Positions 14,682 to 26,474 of a stretch of 64,000 nt of DNA are shown here, in pieces. This DNA is from Intoshia linei (lineage: Eukaryota > Animalia > Orthonectida). The stretch is taken from contig LWCA01000044.1 of the NCBI GenBank assembly GCA_001642005.1, positions 1 to 64,000 on the forward strand. Reading direction: 5' to 3'. Both the position numbers and the translations under genes were made by a program. The notes below the pieces were generated by a model. That model ran no database searches and was not told the origin of the DNA. It saw nothing but the letters and a program-made list of their open reading frames with translations. Positions within the stretch are counted from its first letter, which is position 1. Every line of letters starts with the position of its first letter.

Positions 14682-16463
14682 TTAATAATCAAATGTAGAC
14701 TTTTTAGAAGTAATAGTTTGAGGGGTATCAAAATTTAAGTCATACTGCATATTTTGAAAATTTGGAGTTCTTTGATTAAGATTAACACAATTTAGATTAA
14801 TTGGATGAGGAGCATTGGCAGAATAGGAAGAATCATAATTAACCAAATTCTGGGGGTATTCATAATCTGTATAACCATAAGATTCAGTACAAACCGGTAA
14901 GTTGTTAAAATTGTTCAGTTTGCTTGAAGGTAAAACTTGTTTAGCATTTGCTACATCTATATGATCAATGATAATTTTTTTAGAGGACGGTTCACCAATA
15001 GTATATTCACTTTCAGGTGGGATATTACAACGAATAGGCAAATTTTCGTGTGTTAATTTTTTATAATTGTGCCTATTTGTATAATTAATATTTTCAAAGT
15101 TGAGATTCTGCATTGAGTTTTCGGTGGCATTATTGAGACTTTGTAAATGTTTTTGCTTATCACTGTAGTTTACTTCTTCTTTCAGAGGTGTATTTTCGTC
15201 AAAATTAGATTGGCAAGGTGGAAATTGGTTTCTCTCATAACTGGGCAAAATTGGAGAATTGTCACTAAAATATTGTCTTGGACTATTATTTGAATCGTCT
15301 TTTTGGGACACTGATAAACACTTTTCTTGTTCTCTTCTTCGTAAACATGCTGCCCTAGGATTCATATTTCTACGTCTCACTTCTGACTCAAGACTTGTTA
15401 TAATGTTAACTGCATCTTGTAATATCATTAATTTAGTGGATACTTTTCCATTATTACCGGTATGTTGAGATACCATTTTACCCAATTCTTTAAATGCTCC
15501 ATTTATATCACGGACACGTACTCTTTCTCTTTGGTTGTTTATTTTTCGTCTAATTTTTTCTTTTTCAACTTTTGCAGTTTTACCCATAACTTGATGAGAA
15601 TTATCAATATCTACATGATTGAGTACTTTTAAATAATCTGAATTTTTAAGTTGCTCACAATTTGAATTTTCATGTTCTTTATTTGATATCAATTCCACGT
15701 TATTATTAAATTTATTGAAATTCATAATTTCAGAATCAAATTTGCACGCTTTATAAGCCACGTTAGTTTTTCTATTGTTTAAATTGTCCACATAGTTACC
15801 AGTAAAATAATTTTCAATTTTTTTCGATTTTATTGAACTGTCTTGTGGACAATTATTTTTAAAGTTTACATTTTCAGTTTCATTGTTTTCAAAAATAAAG
15901 TGTGGATTTTGTGTTGGTGTATGTTTTGTTGGATCAGAATCAGTAAATAATTTACTGCAGGTTGAATCATCTAATCCCCAATCTTTTTCTTTGTACTGGT
16001 TTGTTTTGGCAATAGCAGTTTGATATGCATTATTCATTGATGTATTTAAAGGGCTAATTAGGGGATTTGATAAATTTATCAAGTCTTTGTTAATGTCGAC
16101 TTTAGAATTGTATTTACATGCATCATGGAAATTTTGAAGTACACAGTTCTTTTGTCTGTTTTGGTCAAAATTGTCGAGTTTTATTTCGGTAGGAATAGAT
16201 GCATTAAATCCACATTCTGATATAGATGGATACGGATTTGTCTACGTTTTAATGAAATAAAACTTATAAATGTAAAGTTTACCTCAATGAGTGAGTTTAT
16301 CTGTGTCATTTCATCTGAGCCAGGAAACTTTTGTTCAAATAAATTGGAATTCATCCATGATTTGATGGTTTGGTTTTTTTCAAATTCTACAAATTAAATA
16401 AAACGAAAATACTAATTTACCTCGCAATTCTTCAGGTGTATTTGAATTTTTTTTTGGGTACAT
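14682..16463 (-). CDS. da: Class I bHLH E-protein (daughterless / TCF3-4-12 orthologue), about 568 aa
   Basis: b[27 protein letters not shown]...[39 protein letters not shown]. Exons 16463-16421, 16386-16283 and 16241-14682 join in frame via 34- and 41-nt GT-AG introns. Confidence 0.93.
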
Positions 16464-16789
16464 GAAAAGAAAAATTTATCAACAAAATAAAACAATTAAT
16501 CACCTAAATCAAGTAAATTTACATCAGAAATAAATTAAAAATAATAAACAAGTGTCATAAATTGTTATTCGATATACATTTATTGAAAACACATTTCGTT
16601 TAGAGCAAAATTAAAAATTTTAATTACCAATTTAGCAGCATTACAAAAACAAAGAGAAATATATATGTTAAAGCAAAACTGAAAATAAAATGTACAATAA
16701 ATTCCGGTTTAGATTGCTATAAATATATTTTTCATTTGACCGCAGTAACGCATACATGTATCCAATATTTAGCAATAAAATCTCAAAAA

Positions 16790-16808
16790 TGACAGCTGTC
16801 ACCATCTG
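16790..16808. promoter_or_regulatory. Palindrome TGACAGCTGTCA (TALE-homeodomain dimer site containing E-box CAGCTG) plus adjacent E-box CATCTG
   Basis: Perfect 12-bp palindrome about 330 bp upstream of the E-protein ATG. Confidence 0.4.
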
Positions 16809-18845
16809 AAATGACGAAAAGTATTGTAATTTTTTTTAAAGCAAAAATGCTTAGTGTTTTGCCACAAATAAATAAATAATATTTTAAAATTAGCCTCAAG
16901 TAGCGTAAAATGATTTTAAAAACTTTTTAATTTTGACATTTCAACAATAGATATTAAAAATGTTTCATGTAATATTGCTGTACAGTGTACATAAATGTAT
17001 AAATTGCAAGTTTTTTTTATTTTTCAAAATAAGTTAACTTGATGACTTTATTATGATAACTTTACATAGAACAAAAATAAAAAGCAGCATCTTGTTTTTC
17101 ATATTTTAAATAAATCAGAATTAATAACACCTCCTCTAAAGCAACAAAGTATTATAACTATCAACAAAATATGATAATCAATTAACAATCAATATAAAAT
17201 ACTTAATAATGTTATGTATATAAGTTTAATGCCTCAGATCTAGAAATTTTTGTGGTAAGGTCTAGTACAATTTTTTGAAATATAACTTACATTCTTTGTT
17301 TTATAAAAAATAATGTAGACCTACGATATCACGATAATTTTAGTTCATACACTAATAGCTTAAATAAAAATCACTGCCATCAAACAAAATTGAAATAAAT
17401 ACAAATTTTCACTGCTTGATTTCAAGTAGATATAGCAAAACATATTATATGTTGATATAATGATAGCATAGAAATACGAACATAATTTTTTTCTATTAAT
17501 ATTTTAGTATCAATTTTTTAAAATTAAATGATATAATAATCTGAGATCTCGCACCCTAGATGAGAGTATTCCCTCTGTGAATCCATCATGTATAATTTAA
17601 ATTAGTGATTTTTATTGGTTAATAGTGATTACAGGTTTAAGACTAAATTCAAGGCATAAAAGTGTATAATTGAAAAAATTTGTTATTTGAAATTTTAATT
17701 TGTAAAAATTTTAATGAAAAAGTTATTATAAATTATTTCTGCTGTAAATCGAAAAATCATTTTTGAAAGCTACACATTAAATGTCACCTAAAAAAAATTA
17801 TATAACTGTACTATACAACTGTACAACAATCTAACTAACTAAAAGTATTTATATTTTTCAAATAAATAATATTTTTTTCTAATAATGAAGATGTTTTTTT
17901 AGAATATACCGTTATTTATTTGATTTTGCTGGAAAATAAAAATGTTTGATTTTACTGGAGCAGGGTAGTTATTGTAATCCATATAGACCTTGGAGATCAT
18001 GGTTCACAAACTGATACCAAGTAATTATCGGAAAATTCTACAGAATGACTCTAGAGATTATTTCCTGAGAAAAAAATGCGCATGTGTCTATTTCTGAAAT
18101 TGACATTTTCACTGTCAAAAAAACATTATTATTATCATTTTAATAATTACCAGTATTGTGCAAATTTTTGCATTAAAAAATAAAATTATTGAGATTAAAA
18201 TTTTTTTAGAAATTCCAAAAATCTTTAATCTTCTAAAAATCAATATCTAAATCTGCAATATAAATTGTAGTAGTCAAACGAGGTAACTTGCCAGTTTCTA
18301 GATGTTATTGTCATTTTAAATTGACTGATTAAAAAATTCATAGGGGTATTGCCAATGGTCTACAGTATTGGTTCAGATTGGGGTTTTGGGGCAAAACTAT
18401 ATGCCTTGGAGTCCGTGAGATTGAAATATAATATAAACTGATATTAAAATTATTTTTAATTGTAATCGTATATCCTGTATTTTTTCGTTAACAAATACAA
18501 AAATATAATGTAAATGTTAATGTAAATAATAATCAAACCAAAATAACCACTTTCATTACAATCAGTAACATCAATTAAATAATTATATTTTTACGATTTA
18601 TTTGTTCAAAAAAAATTTTTTTCATAGTTTGTACCGCAACAAACATTTTATTGTGATGTAGGACGAGGCTTAAAATGTCTGAAAAAAAAACAATTTTTTT
18701 AAAAATTTTTAAGTTTGGGTAGGGGAATATGTGAGAAAATTTGTAAAAAGGGGCAATTGGGGCAAAAAAATTATTTTCGTTTAATTGTGTTTAATAGTTT
18801 CATGTCCATTATTATGGAAATATCGATTCATGAACAAGTAAAAAG

Positions 18846-19605
18846 TAGTGATTGTGATTTCCCGAAAAATTAAAAATCAAATTTCCCAGGAAAAATAAAA
18901 ATTATATTTTTATAGAATATATAAAATATGTAGAAGCATTTTAGAGACCTTAATTAATTTTAGAAACAAAAAGAAATTTAATAAATGGAATAACATGAAT
19001 CTAGATTGAAATTTACAAATTTAATTAGAAAAAAATTTTATTTATTTTAGATGATTTTGAAAAAGTATTTCAAAACACACATAATATTGATAGATTCGTG
19101 TTTTAAACGCGTTCTACGTTTTTTAACGAAATTAGAAGCAGTAGAGAAATTTTTTTCATTTTGTGTTGACGTAGGTTGAACGGACATAAGGGCTTCCTTT
19201 AATTTTAACAATCTTGATGATAGCGTTCCACTTTTTAACAACTCATAATATTTTTCAAAATAATAATGGAAAAAGAAGATAATCCCCTTAAGCTTTAGTA
19301 ATTTGTGGTTGGAATAAAGTTTTTAAAAAAGTACTGGAAAAAGGATATTTTTCCATTAAGGACTGATAAATTGGATTTTATATTTGTGGTTTGATAAAAT
19401 GGATTTTTTTCATAACATTTTGTAAAATCGGATTTTTGAAAAAAATATCGGTGTAAGACAATTTTTCCATGAGGGCTTAAAATGGTAAATTTTAAATATT
19501 ATAATATAATCATATTTTCATAGTAATAACAAACATAAATCAAATACAGGTATGTCTCAATTTTTTTCGAGAAATCCCGGGAATTTTGTCCCGGCACAAT
19601 CGCTA
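18846..19605 (-). mobile_element. Internally deleted hAT transposon retaining the C-terminal dimerisation domain
   Basis: ORF 19241-19047 LMSVQPTSTQNEKNFSTASNFVKKRRTRL fits the hAT dimerisation motif; TIRs TAGTGATTGTG / CACAATCGCTA; flanks GTAAAAAG / CCAAAAAG. Confidence 0.82.
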
Positions 19606-21213
19606 CCAAAAAGTAAAATTTTTAACTTTAAAATATGATTAGCGACTGTAATATGGATGATTTACAGATAAGATAAAATTACGACATATTGTACAATAAT
19701 TTAAATTTTGGTCATAAATGATGTAATGATTAATTAGAGCAATTTAAAAAAAATTCGAAAAAGGAGAGGAATTGTAAAAAAAAATTGAGACCATTAATCT
19801 ATAGTATAATATTCTTGACAGGTCCATGAAAAATGTTATAGTTAACATGTAAATAATTTAAGGAAATAAAAAAAGTGAAGATAAAACTTTTTTCATTTGT
19901 CAAGATATTAGTTTCTGATAGTGACATTTACGACAACGATAATTAATTTCAAACGAATTAATGTCCCAGAATATATATTTTTTTAATTTTAGGGCTGATT
20001 TTATTTTCAATAAAGGTGAAAGTGGGTTTTGTCCCTGAAAGACTCAATTCGTAAAATGACATTTGCGATACTGCATCACTTTTGAAAGCCTATATTAGCA
20101 ATTGGGTTTTTTAAATCTTGGAGTGTTAATTTTTTAAATAAACGGCAACACACACATATTACATTCAAGCGAATGTAATGTATATCAATTTTTTTGGTGT
20201 TCACAGGTTTTTTCAATGCGGTCGTATGGATCCACAGCTAAAAAGAGTTGAGAATGTCTGGTCTACAGAACAAAACATAATCTGAAAAGTTGATTCCTTG
20301 TTTACAATTAATTATCCATATTTATCAAAAAAGCCAAAACAGGAATTAACTTATTATGATCAGTTATTACAACCTCCATATAATCTGAACCACAAAAATT
20401 TCAAATGGGTCAAAAAAAATTTGGAAGCCACAAAGCCTTAAAATATCATCATAAAAAAGATTACAAATATTAAAAAAAACAACGTATGAAATACATTGGA
20501 CATAATAAATAATTATTTAAATTGACATCACTACATAAAATAAAGTTTATTATGGTATTCAAATTGGGTAAAACAGCTATTAGAAGAACTATACCCTACC
20601 TGGAAAAAGATCCACTTTATATAAATGAAAAAATTAAAATATTAATGTTCTCGTACATAACTAAAAAATCTCCGTTTTTAGCTAGCTTGGAGAAATGTTC
20701 TGGATTATAGTAAATTTTTAAATATAAATGTTAATAAAATTCAAAAACTTTTAGTGATTTCATCTACTGGAAAATCCCACAAATTATGTACCAAAACTCG
20801 CAAATTCAATTTTTATTTTTTCATGACAAATCAAAAACAGCTTATATTGAAGCATTCACAGGTGTCTTAAAATGATAAAATAATAAGAAACCTTTAGATA
20901 AAAAGTCAATAATTATGGACTGCTTCGATAAACCCAAGGATATTATACACACTAAATTTATTGAAAATTTTGCATCTCAGTTGTCCAGTATTTTTCATAT
21001 TTTTACAGGCTTTTTAGAAAAAAATTACAAAAAAATACAGAAATGTATTCTAATCCTGCAATATTTGGTTACGATTATAATAGACATTGCATTTGTGAAA
21101 TTAGTGATGCTTGGCCATGTCCACGACTTACTCCTATACCTAAAATGATGCGAGGAAAAGAAATTATGAAGAGTTATATGGAAAAGTCTGCCAAATAAAA
21201 TTTTACATGTATT

Positions 21214-22672
21214 TTACAAATTTTTCGAGTTTGATTGCGTGTTTTCCACTTCTTCGTCTATTCTTGGTGATGTAGTCAAATCATAATCTGGTGGAGGAAT
21301 AAAAAATGCGGAATTGCAGGTAGTACAAGATGTCGGAGATGTTCTTTGCAGTGCAAGGAGGTTAGTTGATTCCACTGGAAAAGATGTATTATGAGCATCA
21401 ATCGAAGAATAACAATTTTGGTTATGAACCATTTTATTTTGTTTGTGATTATTTTTGAACAATATTTTTACTTTTGGTCGTTTATCGAGCCATTTGATAA
21501 GTTGACTCGGATTACTTTGATTTGGTACAATCGGTGTATTATGTCTACTGCCAATGTAAAAATTTTGGCAAGAATTTGGGTTTTGTATAACCTGGAAAAA
21601 AGTATTCGGATTTTGTGCAACATGTTCCCTGGCTAGTGGTTTTATTATCGCCGAGTGTCGTAATTGAGGAATATGCACGTGTGTAATATTAGGATATTTC
21701 GGAAAACTAGAATTTTGTGGTAGGTAAGTTGTATTATAATTATAACTCGAATTTTCCGGGTATTGCATATTGGTGGGGTTAAAACCATTGGATGTTTTTG
21801 GATAAGATTGACGACTATTGGGTGTGCTATATGATTGTTTAAGCTTCATTAACTTTTCACTGAAATTTTTGACTATATTTTTTTTTCGACATAAAGTATT
21901 CTCTTTCGTATGATTCATATAACGGCAACAAATATACAATAATAGAAAAATGAGAAGAATAGGGCATATAATTATGCTTATAGCTGAGATTGTGTTCAAT
22001 TTCCCCCACCATAAATTGGTTTTTTTCCCATTTCTAAAATATTATTAAATATATATAACAATACAGAATTATCTTTAATTCGCCAATCCTCTACATCGCA
22101 TATTTTTTTTTTCAAAAATTTTATAATAAAATTCAATATATGGTCATTTCGTAAAATTCTCTATTATGTCAAGTCTTAAGATGGGACTCTCAAAATTGGC
22201 AAACTAGAGAGAGAATACTGCATTTCATAAATTAAATCAGTTAACCTAAAAAGATCTACCGTCATATATACTATTAAATTACAAAAACTTACAATGGTGT
22301 CGTATACTGTTGGATATCATGAAATGAATATGAGTCGTCGTGTGCATTACACCGAAACGTACCTAACGATTGCATATATCTACAACACAAATCTTGGGAA
22401 TCGTTAAATTTGCAACAACAGTATTGGTCCCTGTCTGTTGGAGCACTAGTTGTGCAAATGTGAGTAAAATTGGCATAAATACTTTTTGTACAACCGACGT
22501 TATCTTAAAAAATTTTAAAAAAAAACAAAATATTTTACCATTTTTATAACACATAAACATCTGTTGCCTCGAACAAATAGCTAAAATAAATCATAAATTT
22601 CATAAAAATAACTGATAATTTACCATTCAATGAAATTACTAAAGATAAAAACACAATGCCGCATATGTTCAT
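21214..22672 (-). CDS. Shisa-like / WBP1-VOPP1-type single-pass membrane protein
   Basis: Exons 22672-22624, 22580-22539, 22503-22293 and 22033-21214 join in frame: signal peptide, Cys-rich ectodomain (C..C..CCC..CC..C), TM ending YICC, Pro/Asn-rich tail with PPPDY. Confidence 0.7.
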
Positions 22673-23904
22673 GTTGATATTTATTTTCGCCCAAAGTGAA
22701 ATTATGGAAAATACTGACAGACCAATCTGCTGTTAAAATTAGTCGACTTTAATTCTCTACTGACATTTAATTTCATTTCATAATTGTGGTTAAATTCGTT
22801 GTATTTTCCACGTAACACAATTATGTATGTATTGGATCCTGTTAGATAGCACAGTTTTTATTATTGATTAAAAGCTATAAAGCAAACATTAAGGAATCCG
22901 GAAATGCAAACTAAATTTAATTACTGATTTTAGCGAGATAATGACATAGTGCTCCAAATTTTAATTAATTTGATATTTCTTTTATACGACGTGAATCACG
23001 TGATATAACAGAATAACATACATTTGTGATTAAAACTATGTAAATCAGTAAACAATGATCACTTTACATTGTAATACACGAAAATTCAGCTTAATTATAC
23101 TAAAGGTGTATTTTGAATGATAATGAATGTACATGCATTTATATTTAATTCCGAAATTGATAAAACAAGTGGATACATCTAAGTTTTTACATTTTATAAC
23201 ATGAACTGTTTAGAACTAACGCATATTATTTTCATATCATAGCATATGATAATAATTTGCACTTTAGGGTATAACGATAGAAAAATGTCAATCACACTAT
23301 CATATTTCATATTGCAATTTACAATTAAATAATTTAAAATCTCTAACTCATGTATATGTATCCTGAATAAATATTTAACATATTCCGTAATCAAAAATTA
23401 AGGAAAATTTATTTTTATTAATTCTTAGAGGGTTTTCTAAGATTAAATTTTAAGTTGATTTTTATGTCAATTTCGATTTATTATAATATAAATAGGTTAA
23501 TTATCATTCTAAATATAAAAATATCTTCAACAACTAGGTGAAATATTATAATGTCACTTTTTGTTTAATTTAATTTGTACATTGTATATGGGTGGGATTC
23601 CATTATTTTTTATCCATTCTTCAATATTTTTTCAAAATGTCGTTGCTATAAAGCACAACTTTCTAAAACTGTGCGATTTCTATTAGATATATGCTGAGTA
23701 AATTGTGCTCTATTTTTTCATATTTTATACCTTTGTGTTTATGTATCTTGTCTCCATATATTCAAGCTAATTCCTTCTAATTGCGTTAACGAGAATTTTA
23801 AATAATAATTACAGAATTTCTAGATGTTGATTATCCCAAACCTAGACGATCGATACATTATTATTTAAAAAATCCCAGTTTTATCCCATCATTAATATAA
23901 TTTA

Positions 23905-24250
23905 ACAAAAAGTACCATTTCTAAAAAAACCCTAAGGGAAAAATTAACTTTTACCGATATTTTTTTGAAAAACATGATTTTACCAAATCTTAAAAATAAA
24001 ATATCTTATTCCAACCATAAAATAAAACTTCAATATTACCAACGCTTTAGGAAAATATCCTATTTTTTAATATTATTTGAAAAATCCGATTTTACGATCT
24101 TATGATCAAAAATGAAATTTTACCATCCCTCAATATTTTTATCATATTATATCATCATACATATCATCAATTATATTTTTCCTATATTTTTTTGAAAAAC
24201 ACGATTTTACTAAATCCTATGATAAAAACCCTCAATTTTTTCATCAATTT
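23905..24250. repeat. Degenerate ~30-bp minisatellite, same family as 19270-19490 and 56107-56470
   Basis: Recurring AAAAATCCGATTTTAC..CCCTAAGGGAA-like units. Confidence 0.6.
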
Positions 24251-24999
24251 TTTATATTTCATGTTTCCATTGTTGTCCAAAAAAATAAATATTTTGAAAT
24301 GGCGATCTGTACTGTATTTAAACCGGGAACAACTCCATTATTACAATGAAAAAATGGAAATATTTTTATTTTTATTCAGCTTAACCTACAGTATTGGAAA
24401 AATTATTAGAAAGAATTTATAAATTTTAATAAATTGTTCAGCATAGTATATTTAGGACTTTAAATAAATATATAATGTAATGAAATTATCAGTGAATATC
24501 AGTTAAAAGTATAGTATATTATCAGGTTGTTTGATTTTATATAATTAATAATGAACCATTGTTATCATCAATAATCAATAGTAAAATAAAATGTTTTGCG
24601 TATCGAAAGTTTTAGTATCATAATGATGCTAGTCGTTTTAATTTAAAATTAGACGGAATTTTTGTACATCAGAAAAATTCACAGTTTATCAGGATTTTTT
24701 TTCGTTAACGAGGAATTTCGCTAAATAGAAATTATTCTGTAATATTTTCTTAAATATAATAATTAATTATGGTTTTAATATCCGTGCATATCTCATTCAT
24801 TTCATTTCAACGTCTATTTCATAATAATCATTTAATTTAGGGTATCTGAGTTAACAACAGAGAGAACATTATTATTTTTGAGTCAGGTATTTTTGCTTTT
24901 CTAAAAATATAAATTTTTCCACTTTATAATTTACTAAATATTTTTGGCTTGTATTTATCGCGTCAGCATTTTAATCCGTAAAGTGTCCGTATTTTAGAA

Positions 25000-25345
25000 T
25001 GTTTGTCAGTAGAAATATTGAATTACTAGTTGATATAATGAATTTTCAGTATTTTAGGTGCCAGTTGACAAGGTGTCAGTATAAATAATTAATTGTCAGT
25101 ATTTAAATTGGAAGAGCAGTAAAAAAAATAATTTTGTCAGTACTTTAAATATACTGTCAGTATTTAAATTAAAAACTGATAAATATGTTTTTGAATACTG
25201 AAAAAGTACATTTTATTACTGATATTTTAATATTTACACTGACAATTTTTATTGAAAATACTAAAAATTTTGTATTAACATGTAATTAACAGTATTAACA
25301 GTAAAATACTACCAGTATTTTAATTAAATACTGACAAATAAAATA
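25000..25345. repeat. Foldback array of TGTCAGTATT / AATACTGACA units
   Basis: Several TGTCAGTA copies at 25004-25165 followed by reverse-complement copies at 25190-25340. Confidence 0.65.
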
Positions 25346-26474
25346 CTTCCCAATAATTTTTTACTAAAAAATGGGGGTTTTTGACATTAAAGGACTCAAT
25401 TGCTGAAAATGAAATTTGTCATAAAACATCAATGTCTAAAAACCGTATTAGAAAGGGGTATTCATAAAACTCAAAGCCTATTACTTTCTTAAATAAATGG
25501 TAATAAATAAATAAATAGACATCTATAAATTATTGCGATTTATTTATAGGATACAATGTAATTGAATATTAAATTATGCTATACATTGTAAGTCTTAAAT
25601 ATAAGACATTAATTTATTATTTTTGAAATCGCATGAAATTGACATTTTGGCATAAGGGTTAATTGTGGTTATTTTAAAATTTATTAAATATTTATAAAAA
25701 AGTTACTTAAACCATTTTATATCGTCGGTGAAGCAGCGTTTATATTTTTTAAATATATCCGAGAATCAAATATATTTCAGTTTATTTACAAATTTTTAAT
25801 CAAAAAAATAATTTAATGTTCGATAAGTTCGAATTTCGGACAAATAAAAATATAACCAACACATAAATGGATAAATAAATAATAAATAAAGTAATGTATA
25901 TAAGATATTCAACGATTATAATAATAACATAATTATAATAATTACAATTATAACTAAATTATTAAAAAATTATTATTTTTTAGTTTTGCTTTTTTTAGAC
26001 ACAATTTTGATAATAGTATTAAAAATAGAATCAGGAAATATTCAAAGGGACGATTATCATCATCGAAATTAATCTAGGCAGTAAATATAAAATTCAAAAA
26101 TAGGGTAATTTATTTCTGATTTTGATTTTATCGTAATTATTGTCATTTATCTAAAAATTTATTTATTTTTTTTAGTAGCCTATTTATTTACTCATTCATT
26201 TCTATCTATAATAGATTTTATTGTAAAAATGTTAAAATTATAGTAAAAATGAATTTTACAAATTACACTACGTCATCCCTTTCTGAAGAATGTATTTAAA
26301 TTTAAAAAATTCAATCATAACTTGATACACTAACCTGTTATGCAAAACAATATAAACATAATATTTATTAGATAACTTTACTATGATATCCAAGAACAAT
26401 CGATTTGTTTGCTAATTTCAACTTAACAATTATAAATTAAATGACAAAATTGACGAAATATAACTAAAAATTGT

